Part shown: positions 20,078-29,776 of the stretch, piece by piece
Position numbering within the stretch: position 1 is the stretch's first letter
Layout: the number at the start of each line of letters is the position of its first letter
Source: an uncultured Eubacteriales bacterium
Lineage (GTDB): Bacteria; Bacillota; Clostridia; Oscillospirales; Oscillospiraceae
Assembly (NCBI GenBank): GCA_900555735.1
Contig: USMI01000001.1
Coordinates: 6,330-70,329 of the forward strand
DNA: 64,000 nucleotides
Direction of reading: 5' to 3'
Position numbers and translations under genes: made by a program
Notes under the pieces: generated by a model
What the model was told of the DNA's origin: nothing
The model's database searches: none
The model's input: only the letters and a program-made list of their open reading frames with translations

Positions 20078-21098
20078 TTTGTGTTTCCTCCCGCACACTG
20101 ACGGCGGCCACCACCTCCGGTGCGCCGTAGGTCAGCGTACCGGTCTTGTCAAAGGCGATCACCTTCACGCCGGCCAGCCGCTCCAGCGCGTCTCCCTCGC
20201 GGACAAGGAAGCCATGCTTGGTGGCGTTGCCGATGGCCGCCATGATGGCCGTAGGCGTCGCCAGCACCAGCGCGCAGGGGCAGAACACCACAAGGATGGT
20301 GACGGCCCGGATGATCTGTCCGGAAATGAGCCACGTCAGCGCCGCGGCAGTCAACGCAATGGCCACGATCCATGTGGCCCAGCGATCCGCGATGCCCACG
20401 ATCTTGGCCTTGCCCGCGTCGGCGGATTGCACCAGCCGGATCATCCGCTGGATGGAGCTGTCCTCGCCCACCTTGGTGGCCTCCATCTCAAAGGCGCCGA
20501 ACTGGTTCACCGTGCCGCTGGACACGGCGTCCCCCACCGTTTTATCCACCGGCAGGGACTCGCCGGTCATGACCGCCTGATTGATGGATGTCTGTCCCGA
20601 AACGATCACGCCGTCCACAGGGACGCCCTCGCCCGGCAGCACGCGGATGCGGTCGCCTACCTGCACCTGCTCCGCAGGGATGATCTCCTCGTTGCCGCCG
20701 CGCAGCACACGCGCCGTCTGCGGCGTCAGGTGCACCAGCTTTTCGATGCCCGCCCGGGCCTTTGCCACCGTCAGCTCCTCCAGCAGGCCGCCCAACTGCA
20801 TGATGAAGGCCACCTCACCGGCGGCAAAGTCCTGTCCGATGCAGACCGAGGCGATCAGCGCCAGCGACACCAGCACGTCCGCTTTGATGTCAAAGGCAGT
20901 CACAAGGCCGATGATGGCCTCCAGCACAATGGGAACACCGCACAGAATGATGGCCACCCACGCCATATCAAAGGGCAGCGGCTGCCACTTTGCCAGACTG
21001 CAAATGACCGCGATGCCGGAGATCACCAGCAGGGTGACATCCTTTTTGATGCCGCCAAGCTCCAGCAGGTGCTCCAGCTTTTCCATCAGCGAGTTCAT
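20067..21098 (-). pseudogene. C-terminally truncated heavy-metal P1B-type ATPase
   Basis: Has TGES, CPC and DKTGTLT but ends about 20 residues later, running into the RBS of the next gene; no HP, TGD or GDGxND motifs. Confidence 0.85.
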
Positions 21099-21113
21099 AG
21101 CTATTCTCCTTTT

Positions 21114-21154
21114 ATACCATAGGGGGTATGTGTATAATATACCCCTATGGGTAT
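21114..21154. promoter_or_regulatory. Two CsoR/RcnR-type operators overlapping the ATPase promoter
   Basis: ATACCATAGGGGGTAT (21114-21129) and ATACCCCTATGGGTAT (21139-21154); minus-strand TTGACA just beyond; csoR adjacent. Confidence 0.75.
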
Positions 21155-21198
21155 CCTTGTCAAGAAAAAAAGAAGGGCTTCACCCTTCTTTTTTATGT

Positions 21199-21474
21199 TC
21201 AGCCCATGTTGGAAAACCGCTCCACCGCCTTGGTAAAGCTCTCGATGGTCTTGTCGGCATCTCCGTGCTCGATGCCGTCCCGGACACAGTGCTTGATATG
21301 CCCTTCCAACACCACCTTGCCGCAGCCGTGCAGCGCAGCCTTGGCCGCGTTGATCTGGGCCAGCACATCCTCACAGGGGACATCCTCGTCGATCATGCGG
21401 TCGATGGCCTGCACCTGCCCGATAATCTTTTTCAGTCTGCGGTGCAGATTGTCCGCATCCATGCATTGCTTCAT
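21199..21474 (-). CDS. csoR: CsoR/RcnR family metal-sensing repressor
   Basis: RLKKIIGQV, CEDVLAQI, HIKHCV. Confidence 0.88.
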   Translation of the reverse strand: MKQCMDADNLHRRLKKIIGQVQAIDRMIDEDVPCEDVLAQINAAKAALHGCGKVVLEGHIKHCVRDGIEHGDADKTIESFTKAVERFSNMG

Positions 21475-21627
21475 GCTTTGACCTCCACAATCGGTATGGG
21501 TAAATTATAGCCCGCCGTCTCCGGATTGTCAACTGCCGCCGCGGGAGCAGCGCCTGCGACTTGGGCAACTTTATTCTTTTTTCATCATCCTTCTTGGAAT
21601 TTTTGTCACTTTTTTTGTGACAAAATC

Positions 21628-21682
21628 TTGATTTTTTACCTATCCCATGATATAGTACAGGCAAGAATTAGCATATGCTAAT
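21628..21682 (+). promoter_or_regulatory. Promoter plus palindromic operator (DtxR/MntR-like)
   Basis: TTGATT-N17-TATAGT with TG extension; perfect palindrome ATTAGCATATGCTAAT at 21667-21682. Confidence 0.65.
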
Positions 21683-21712
21683 CGACGAATTTATCAGATC
21701 AGGAGGTAATCT

Positions 21713-21985
21713 ATGATGAAGAAATTAGGTCTGTTCGCCGCCGGTGTGCTGTTCGGCACCGCCGGTATCAAGGTGCTCAGCAGCAAGGATGCCAAGAAGG
21801 TATACACCCACACCACCGCCGCCGTGCTGCGCGCCAAGGACAGCGTGATGGAGACCGTCACCACCGTTCGTGAGAACGCCGAGGATATTTACGCCGACGC
21901 CAAGGCCATCAACCAGCAGCGGGCCGAAGAGGCTGCCGCCGCCGTGGTGGAGGACACTTCCAAGGAAGAAGCCAGCGCTGAATAA
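21713..21985 (+). CDS. Small membrane protein, FezA-like partner of the P1B-6 ATPase
   Basis: Gly-rich hydrophobic N-terminus GLFAAGVLFGTAG then an amphipathic helical tail; 2 nt before the ATPase start. Confidence 0.7.
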   Translation: MMKKLGLFAAGVLFGTAGIKVLSSKDAKKVYTHTTAAVLRAKDSVMETVTTVRENAEDIYADAKAINQQRAEEAAAAVVEDTSKEEASAE

Positions 21986-21987
21986 CC

Positions 21988-24075
21988 ATGAAATGCAACA
22001 TTCTCCACGAATCCGCCGGGCGTCTGCGGGTGCATCTGTACTGCGGATACATGACGCTGCATCAGGCGGACGTACTGGAATACTCTCTGCGCAGCATCAG
22101 CGGCGTGACTGAGGTCAAGGTCTATGACCGCACTCAGGACGCCGTGGTGCTCTATACCGGAAGGCGCGGCGACGTCATTGCCGCGCTGGCGGCCTTCTCC
22201 TTCCCCAAGGCCGAGGCCATGGAGCTGGTTCCGGAGCACACCTCCCGCGCCCTGAACCGGGAGTTTGAGGACAAGCTGGTCATGACCGTCATGCGGCGGT
22301 GCATCTCCAAGCTGTTCCTGCCCTTCCCCATCACCTCGGCGCTGGCGGTGATCCGCTCCGTGAAGTACATCAAGGAGGGGCTGAAAGCCCTGTGGCACGG
22401 CAAGCTGTCCGTGGCAGTACTGGATGCCACCGCCGTAACGGTGTCCATCGTCCGGGGCGACTTCTCCACCGCCGGCTCCGTCATGTTCATGCTGCGGCTG
22501 GGTGAAATTCTGGAGGAGTGGACCCACAAGAAATCCGTGGCCGATCTGGCCGGTGTCATGAGCCTGAACGTGGACAAGGTCTGGCTTCAGGTAAACGACA
22601 CCGAGGTGCTGGTGCCAGTCTCCGACGTGAAGGCCGGTGACTGCGTGGTAGTGCGTACCGGCAGCATGATCCCGCTGGACGGCAAGGTGGTGTCCGGCGA
22701 GGCTATGGTGAATCAGGCTTCCATGACCGGCGAGTCCATGCCCGTTCCCAAGCGGCCCGGCAGCTATGTGTACGCCGGCACCGTGGCCGAGGAGGGCGAG
22801 TGCGTCATTCAGGTGGAGAAAGCCTCCGGCAGCGGCCGCTATGACCGCATCGTTCACATGATCGAGGAGTCGGAGAAGCTAAAATCTACCGCCGAGGACA
22901 AGGCCGCCCGTCTGGCGGACCGGCTGGTGCCCTATACGCTGGGCGGCACGGCGCTGACGTATGTGCTGACCCGCAACATCACCAAGACGCTGGCGGTGCT
23001 GATGGTGGACTTCTCCTGCGCGCTGAAGCTGGCCATTCCCATCGCGGTGCTGTCCGCCATGCGGGAGAGCAGCGGCCACCGCATCTCCGTCAAGGGCGGA
23101 CGCTTTCTGGAGGCCGTGGCGAAAGCCGACACCATCGTGTTTGACAAAACCGGCACCCTGACCTATGCCACCCCCAAGGTAGCTCAGATCATCACCTTCG
23201 GCAATTACAAGGAGCCGGATATGCTGCGGCTGGCTGCCTGTCTGGAGGAGCACTATCCCCACTCCATGGCCAACGCTGTGGTGGAGGAGGCCAAGAATCG
23301 CGGCCTTTCCCATGAGGAATACCACTCGCAGGTGCAGTATGTGGTGGCTCACGGCATCTCCAGCATGGTGGAAAACAAATCGGTGCTGATCGGCAGCGCC
23401 CACTTCGTGTTCGAGGACGAGGGCTGCCGTGTTCCGGAGGGCGAGCAGGAGAAATTCGACAGCCTGCCCGATGCCTACTCCCACCTGTATCTGTGCATTG
23501 CCGGAGAGCTGGCTGCCGTCATCTGCGTTTTCGACCCCTTACGGAAGGAGGCTCGCGCCGCCGTACAGGCGCTGCATGCGTGCGGCATCTCCAAGGTGGT
23601 CATGATGACCGGCGACAACCGCAAGACCGCCGAGGCCGTGGCCCGTCAGGTTGGCGTGGACGCCGTGTTCGCCGAGGTTTTGCCGGAGGATAAGGCGGAA
23701 TTCATCCGTCAGGAAAAGGCTGCCGGTCGTACCGTTATCATGGTGGGCGACGGTGTCAACGACTCCCCCGCTCTTTCGGAGGCCGACGCAGGCATCGCCA
23801 TCTCCACCGGCGCGGCCATCGCCCGGGAGATCGCCGACATCACCATCGCGTCGGAGGACCTGTTCGAGCTGGTGACGCTGCGGAAGCTGGGCGAGGCGCT
23901 GATGGCCCGCATCCACCGGAACTACCGGTTCATCGTGGGTTTCAACTTCTCGCTGATCGTGCTGGGCGTGGCGGGCGTTCTGCCGCCTACCACCTCTGCC
24001 CTGCTGCACAATATGTCCACGCTGGGCATCAGTCTCAAGAGCATGACCGACCTGCTGCCCGACGAAAAGAAATGA
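21988..24075 (+). CDS. P1B-6-type (FezB-like) metal-transporting P-type ATPase
   Basis: N-terminal GRLRV, GEILEE, TGES, DFSCALKL, DKTGTLT, HYPH, TGDN, GDGVNDS, HNMST. Confidence 0.88.
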   Translation: MKCNILHESAGRLRVHLYCGYMTLHQADVLEYSLRSISGVTEVKVYDRTQDAVVLYTGRRGDVIAALAAFSFPKAEAMELVPEHTSRALNREFEDKLVMTVMRRCISKLFLPFPITSALAVIRSVKYIKEGLKALWHGKLSVAVLDATAVTVSIVRGDFSTAGSVMFMLRLGEILEEWTHKKSVADLAGVMSLNVDKVWLQVNDTEVLVPVSDVKAGDCVVVRTGSMIPLDGKVVSGEAMVNQASMTGESMPVPKRPGSYVYAGTVAEEGECVIQVEKASGSGRYDRIVHMIEESEKLKSTAEDKAARLADRLVPYTLGGTALTYVLTRNITKTLAVLMVDFSCALKLAIPIAVLSAMRESSGHRISVKGGRFLEAVAKADTIVFDKTGTLTYATPKVAQIITFGNYKEPDMLRLAACLEEHYPHSMANAVVEEAKNRGLSHEEYHSQVQYVVAHGISSMVENKSVLIGSAHFVFEDEGCRVPEGEQEKFDSLPDAYSHLYLCIAGELAAVICVFDPLRKEARAAVQALHACGISKVVMMTGDNRKTAEAVARQVGVDAVFAEVLPEDKAEFIRQEKAAGRTVIMVGDGVNDSPALSEADAGIAISTGAAIAREIADITIASEDLFELVTLRKLGEALMARIHRNYRFIVGFNFSLIVLGVAGVLPPTTSALLHNMSTLGISLKSMTDLLPDEKK

Positions 24076-24080
24076 TAAAG

Positions 24081-24112
24081 AAAGACCTCCGGAACTCCGG
24101 AGGTCTTTTTTT
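24081..24112. terminator. Bidirectional terminator
   Basis: AAAGACCTCCGGA-AC-TCCGGAGGTCTTTTTTT. Confidence 0.75.
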
Positions 24113-24118
24113 ATGGTA

Positions 24119-24949
24119 TCAAAACTCCAATCGGACGATCTGCATGTTCATCATGTTGTCGCCCACCTTGGCCAAAAAGCGGAAAAATCCGCTGACGGAG
24201 GGATCGTTCAGATCCTGATAGCCCAGCATGTAGCCGCGGCTGGATACCCGCATGCCCAGTGCCCATGGTGACAGCTCCTTTTTGGCGTCCACCACGGCGA
24301 AATACGCACCCACGTCCTGAATGTTGGCGGTTTTGATCCACGTCTTCAGCATCAGCTTCACGGCCCTTCTGTTGGCCGCGTCGAACACCAGACGTCCGTC
24401 GGGGAACGCGGCGTGCATAGCCTGCACCAGTGCCTTGACCTGCTCCGTCAGGAAATAGTAGAACACGCCTGCCGCGAAGAACACCACGCCATTGGACGCA
24501 TCGATCTTCCCGAACCATGAGGTGTCGTTCAGGTCGCAGGGGATGTTCTCCTCCCGCTCTCCGGCGGGCAGCAGCTCATTGCGCACGTCGATAACGGCGG
24601 GAAAATCCAGATTGTAGATCTTGCCCCTGCCGTTATCACAACTCCGGCCGGTATCGTCCAGCCCGCAGCCCAGATTGACCACCGCCGCGTTGGGATGGGT
24701 CCGCAGATAGTCGCGCACCTCCCACGCCAGATCGTTCTGCCGCATGGCCACCTCCAGAAAGCCGAAGCGATGCATGACGCTTTTGGACTTCCCGGCCAGC
24801 GCCGAAAAATCGTAGTCGACCTCATCCATGAGCCGGACAGCCGTTTCATCATAAAACAGCCGCGGATACAGCTCCGAGCACATCTTCCGTCCGTACAGGG
24901 GGATCACCAGCGTCTCCTGCACGGTGTTCTTTTCAATATGGTATTTCAT
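24119..24949 (-). CDS. Class I SAM-dependent methyltransferase (LCM-like)
   Basis: VQETLVIPLY, VVNLGCGLD, YNLDFP. Confidence 0.85.
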   Translation of the reverse strand: MKYHIEKNTVQETLVIPLYGRKMCSELYPRLFYDETAVRLMDEVDYDFSALAGKSKSVMHRFGFLEVAMRQNDLAWEVRDYLRTHPNAAVVNLGCGLDDTGRSCDNGRGKIYNLDFPAVIDVRNELLPAGEREENIPCDLNDTSWFGKIDASNGVVFFAAGVFYYFLTEQVKALVQAMHAAFPDGRLVFDAANRRAVKLMLKTWIKTANIQDVGAYFAVVDAKKELSPWALGMRVSSRGYMLGYQDLNDPSVSGFFRFLAKVGDNMMNMQIVRLEF

Positions 24950-25647
24950 ACGTTCCTCCGATAACCCGCTTCATCCCGGTATTCGGGATGCGCCTTCAGA
25001 TATTCGTCTCGATCGCCGCAGATGGTATAGTCGCATTTGCAGCCGTTGGCACAGGTGGTGGTGCGCACCAGCCGCGCGTGGAGCAGCTCCATGGACACAA
25101 AGTCCACGTTGCACAGGGCGGGCATGATGTCCGTCAGCCCGTTCTTGATGGCAAATTCCGCCGCAGGGCACGCCGTAAACTCATAATAGATAGGCTTTCC
25201 CTTCTCATAGGGGGCAACCTTCATCTCGTAATCGTGCCACTTGTCGCAGCGCACCTTGGCCGAGGTGAACGCCTGATACATGAGCCTGCGCCAGAAGGGC
25301 TTGTTGCAGTCCACGAAGCGCAGTCTGCGGAAGGCGGGCAGGATCAGGTTTTCCTCCATCTCCTCGATCTCCCGGAAGGAGGTGACCGCCTTGCAGACGA
25401 CGTAGTAGCTCAGGATGGCAATGCAGTCATAGGTGCCGCCCGCGCCGTTGTGGAAGTTCTTTCTGCCGCCCAGATCGGTGCGCCAGTCGGCGAGAAACGC
25501 CGCATACTGCCGCTGCACCTGCTCCCACACCGCTTCCCGCTGCTCCGGCGGATAATGGAGGGCGATCTTCTGCTGAATCTCTTTTTTGCAGGGCTTGGAG
25601 TACAACACATGGCAGGTGCGGTCAAATTGCAGTTCGTTGTCCTTCAT
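24946..25647 (-). CDS. L-2-amino-thiazoline-4-carboxylate hydrolase-like protein
   Basis: FTACP...ALCNVD...RTTTCANGCKCDY cysteine pattern; 4-nt overlap with the methyltransferase. Confidence 0.7.
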   Translation of the reverse strand: MKDNELQFDRTCHVLYSKPCKKEIQQKIALHYPPEQREAVWEQVQRQYAAFLADWRTDLGGRKNFHNGAGGTYDCIAILSYYVVCKAVTSFREIEEMEENLILPAFRRLRFVDCNKPFWRRLMYQAFTSAKVRCDKWHDYEMKVAPYEKGKPIYYEFTACPAAEFAIKNGLTDIMPALCNVDFVSMELLHARLVRTTTCANGCKCDYTICGDRDEYLKAHPEYRDEAGYRRNV

Positions 25648-25840
25648 TCCGTCTCCTTTGATGCCGCTATACGGTTAGTCGCAACTAACTGTCCGTGTTT
25701 GAAAAAGCCGCTCACCGCAGCATTGACGGGGCTATTGTAATACGTCCGGCAAAAAATGTCAAGGCGCCCGCCAGCTTCCACGGAAAAAGCGCACCCTCTC
25801 CGCTGCGAAAGGGCACGCCAGATGATAGCAGCCAAATCTG

Positions 25841-26323
25841 TTATTCGTGGCCTTCGGCGGCGATCATGTGCATGGCATGCTCCAGTGCGCCGATCACGGC
25901 GGTCAGGTTCTCCCGCGCCGCCTTTTCCGAGCCGGGCAGGTTGAGGATCAGGCTATTGCCCCGTGTGCCTGCCACGGCGCGGGACAGCATGGCGCGGGGC
26001 GTGATCTTCAATCCCTCCGCCCACATGGCCACGGGGATGGCGGGAATCTCCCGCTCCAGCACCGCCAGTGTGGCCTCCGGCGTCACATCCTTGGGTGACA
26101 GGCCCGTGCCGCCGGTGGTGATGATAAGATCGATCTTTCGCGTGTCGGCGCAATCACGGAGTACCGCGCTGATTTGATCCTTCTCATCCGGCACGATGGC
26201 AGTGTGGACGACGGTAAAGCCCGCCTCCTCCAGCATACCGCAGACAGCGGGGCCGCTGGTATCCTTCCGCTGTCCCCTGCTGCCCAGATCTCTGACGGTA
26301 ATGACCGCCGCTGTATAGCTCAT
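25841..26323 (-). CDS. mog: MogA/MoaB family molybdopterin adenylyltransferase
   Basis: DTSGP, VPDE, TTGGTGLSPKDVTPEAT, SRAVAG, NLPGS. Confidence 0.88.
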   Translation of the reverse strand: MSYTAAVITVRDLGSRGQRKDTSGPAVCGMLEEAGFTVVHTAIVPDEKDQISAVLRDCADTRKIDLIITTGGTGLSPKDVTPEATLAVLEREIPAIPVAMWAEGLKITPRAMLSRAVAGTRGNSLILNLPGSEKAARENLTAVIGALEHAMHMIAAEGHE

Positions 26324-27099
26324 AGGGTTTCCTCCTTTTTTCGATAGCCCAGTGCCGCCGAGAGCATGGAGGCCGTGGCGCAGACCTGCTCCACAGCGGC
26401 ATGAAATTCGTCGGAATGGGTGCTGCGGAACATGCCGATCACACCGATGGTGTACCTGACCTCGCCCTCCACTGTATAGACCGGCGCGGAAATGGAGCGC
26501 AGGCCGATCTTGTACTCGCCGTTTTCAATGGCGTAGCCGTTGGCGCGGCACAGGCGTATCTCCTGCATCAGCGCGGCGGGGTCGATGATGGTATGGGGCG
26601 TAAAGGGTGTCATGTTCTGCCGCCGGAGAAGCTTTTCCACCTCCTGCGGCGGCCGGTGGGCCAGAAACATTTTCCCCTGCGAGGTGCAGTAGATGGGCAG
26701 CCGCGCACCCACGTCCGAGACGATGCGCAGCTTGTCCCGCGCCTCCACCTGATCCAGTGTAATAACGCTGTCACCCTCGCAGATGGACAGCATCACCGAC
26801 GCGCCGGTCTGCTGACACAGCCGCTCCATATAGGGATGGGCCACCAGCGAGATGTCCCATGACCGCTCCACCTGCCGCCCATACTCAAACAGCCGCAGGC
26901 CCAGCGTGTACTTGCCCTCCGCGTCCTGCGTGATCACGTCGTATGTCCGCATGGTGGTTAGCAGACCGAAAACCGTACTTTTGGGATAGCCGCACTGCTC
27001 GGATATCTCCTTCAGCGACAGAGGCTTCCCCGCCTGACTCAGTGTTTGCAGCAGCTCCATCGCCTTGGCAACGGACAGTATGATATTGCCATCCACCAT
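26320..27099 (-). CDS. IclR family transcriptional regulator
   Basis: SVAKAMELL...PKSTVFGLL HTH; CTSQGK; SISAPV. Confidence 0.9.
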   Translation of the reverse strand: MVDGNIILSVAKAMELLQTLSQAGKPLSLKEISEQCGYPKSTVFGLLTTMRTYDVITQDAEGKYTLGLRLFEYGRQVERSWDISLVAHPYMERLCQQTGASVMLSICEGDSVITLDQVEARDKLRIVSDVGARLPIYCTSQGKMFLAHRPPQEVEKLLRRQNMTPFTPHTIIDPAALMQEIRLCRANGYAIENGEYKIGLRSISAPVYTVEGEVRYTIGVIGMFRSTHSDEFHAAVEQVCATASMLSAALGYRKKEETL

Positions 27100-27272
27100 G
27101 GTACAGCACCTGCCTTTCCCCTGTATCATAGTGGCTTCGACCGGTTCTGTCAAGGGCAATCCGGCAACGCCGTCACAAGATCCGACAATATCGTACAATC
27201 AATTTGAAATCACGCCGCGCAAAATGGTAAAATAGGCCAGATTCCAATGTGTGCCGTCAGGAGGGATACATC

Positions 27273-28291
27273 ATGAAGCTGATCCGGACGCAGGACGCCG
27301 TGGGCCATGTACTGTGCCATGTATGACCCAGATCATCAAGGACAAGTACAAGGACGCCCGCTTCCGCAAGGGCCATGTGGTCACGGAGGAGGATATCCCC
27401 GTGCTGCTGAGCATGGGCAAGGAGCACCTCTACGTCTGGGAGATGACCCCCGGCATGGTGCATGAGAACGACGCGGCGGAGCGCCTGCTGGCCCTGTGCG
27501 GGCAGGAGAACATGACCCGCAGCGCGGTAAAAGAGGGCAAGATCGAGCTGAAGGCCGCCTGTGACGGCGTGTTTCTGGTGGACTCCCGGCGGCTGATCGC
27601 GGTAAACGGTCAGGACGAGGTGATGATCGCCACCCGGAAGGGCGGCACCGCCGTCCGCAAGGGCGACAAGCTGGCGGGCATGCGGGTGATCCCCCTCATT
27701 ATTGAAGAGGGAAAGCTGCAAAAGGCCGAGCGTGCCGCAGGCACGGAGCCGCTGCTGACGCTGCGGCCCTATGTACGGAAAACCGCATGTATCGTCGCCA
27801 CCGGCGGCGAGGTGAAGTCCGGTCTCATCAAGGACACCTTTACCCCCGTGGTGGTGGACAAGCTGAAGTCCTATGGCATTGAGACGCTTGAGGTGGTTTA
27901 CTCCGGCGACGGCGTGGAGAACGTCCGTGACGCGGTGCTGGCCATGCGGGAGAAGCAGCCCGACATGATCCTGTGTACCGGCGGCATGAGCGTTGATCCC
28001 GACGACAACACCCCCGGCGGCATCAAGGCGGCAGGTGCCAATATCGTGGCCTACGGCGCGCCGGTGCTGCCCGGTGCCATGTTCCTGCTGGGCTATTTTG
28101 ACGACGGTATGCCCGTGATGGGCCTGCCCGACTGCGTCATGTACGCGGGCGCTACGGTGTTTGACCTGCTGCTGCCCCGTGTGGCGGCGGACGTCCCCGT
28201 CACCCGCGCTGACATCGCCGCCCTGGGCGAGGGCGGGCTGTGCCTTGGCTGCGGCGAGTGCCGCTATCCCATCTGCCCCTTCGGCAAATAA
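27273..28291 (+). pseudogene. MoeA-like molybdopterin-binding protein with an early frameshift
   Basis: AGGAGG plus ATG 27273 gives MKLIRTQDAVGHVLCHV* (TGA 27324-27326); the body MTQIIKD...TGGMSVDPDD...CPFGK is in another frame, as if GAT lost one base near 27322. Confidence 0.75.
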
Positions 28292-28426
28292 AAGCGTCAT
28301 ACGCCCGATGGGCGTATGATTTTGAAAGCCGTTATCCTTGCAAAAGAATTGCGATCAGATAAAAATACCATCGAATGACAAGGGCCCTTGTTAATCGATG
28401 GTAAAACCAACCAAGAAAGGAAAAAC

Positions 28427-29283
28427 ATGATGAAAAAGTTTATCTCCCTGCTGCTGGCGCTGGTCATGGCGCTGAGCCTGATGGCCGACGCCAACAATGA
28501 CGCCAACAATGACGCCAACAACGACGATCAGCCCCCGCCGAGACCGTGGAGCTGACGGTGTTTGCCGCCGTCTCCCTGACCGAATCCCTGACCGCCATCG
28601 GCGAAAAGTACATGGCTGAGAACGAGAACGTGAAGATCAACTTCAACTTCGATTCCTCCGGCAAGCTGTACACCCAGATCAAGGAAGGCGCTTCCTGCGA
28701 CCTGTTCATTTCCGCCGCTCCCAAGCAGATGAACCAGCTGGACGGCACCCTGAAGGATGACGCCGACAAGAACCCCGACGGTCTGGACATGCTGGTAGAG
28801 GGCAGCCGTCTGGACCTGCTGGAGAACAAGGTAGTTCTGGCCGTGGCCGAGGGCAGCGACAAGGGCATCGACAGCTTTGATAAGCTGGCCGAGCTGCTGA
28901 AGGCCGGCAGCGTGACGTTGGCCATCGGCAACGAGGACGTGCCCGTGGGTCAGTACACCAAGAAGATCTTTGCTTACTACGAGATCGATGAGGCCGCCAT
29001 TGCCGCCAACCTGACCTATGGCTCCAACGTGAAGGAAGTCACCACCGCCGTGTCTGAGGGCACCGTGGACTGCGGCATCATCTATGCCTCCGACGCTTAC
29101 TCCGCCAGTCTGACCGTGGCCGCCGAGGCCACCGCCGATATGTGCGGTCAGGTCATCTATCCCGCCGCCGTGCTGAACACCTCCGCCCAGCAGGATGCTG
29201 CCGCCGCGTTCCTGGCCTATCTCCAGAGCGCTGACGCTTCCGCCGAGTTCGAGAAGGTGCTGTTCACCCCGCTGAGCAAGTAG
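28427..29283 (+). pseudogene. modA: Molybdate ABC transporter binding protein, frameshifted and lacking the lipobox Cys
   Basis: Signal peptide MMKKFISLLLALVMALSLMA has no Cys and is out of frame with the VFAAVSLT...FDSSGKL...DLFISA...VPVGQY body. Confidence 0.8.
28487..28522 (+). repeat. Three copies of a 12-bp tandem repeat (GACGCCAACAAT/C, DANN) in the modA linker
   Basis: Read directly from the sequence. Confidence 0.85.
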
Positions 29284-29498
29284 CCATCCCCGACAGCGCC
29301 ATCACTCTGGGGGACGGCCCGTACACCGCCCGCGTTTTCCGGGTCATTCAGGATCTGGAGACCTCGGTGGTGCTGCTCCAGCCGGAGCACGCACCGGACG
29401 CGGTGATGATCCGCGCCGCCGCTGCGGATATCGGAGCGGTCGCACCGGGAGAAACGATCGCTTTCCGCCTTCAGGCAGAGAAATGCCTGTGCTACTGA
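29283..29498 (+). pseudogene. Start-less C-terminal remnant, probably of an ABC ATPase (ModC-like TOBE tail)
   Basis: Open frame AIPDSAITLGDGPYTARVFRVIQDLETSVVLLQ...GETIAFRL...* begins at the modA stop codon; no modB present. Confidence 0.5.
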
Positions 29499-29776
29499 CA
29501 GAATAATACCGCGCCGCCGCAGGAATTTCCTGCGGCGGCGTTTTTTCCTCGTGGACGTTTTTTGTTGGATTTCCTTCCTTTTTGTTCCAATTTTCTGGCA
29601 AAATAGCCCTTTAGACTGATAAAGAAAAATGATAAAACAACGAAAATTGATAAAACTGATGAACAATACTCTTGCTTATTTGGTAAGAATCAGCTATAAT
29701 GGCTAACGACAATACTATTTTGCCTGTGAAAAAGAGAGAGACAGCGGCAGGGTCGCTGTGGTTATGAGTTAAAATC

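Noticed and set aside
27315..27330. Programmed frameshift in the moeA-like gene
   Set aside because: No slippery run at the site, and neighbouring genes carry independent lesions, so decay is simpler.
28487..28522. CRISPR or contingency repeat
   Set aside because: In-frame 12-bp linker repeat without spacers; no CRISPR array or cas gene seen anywhere in the window.
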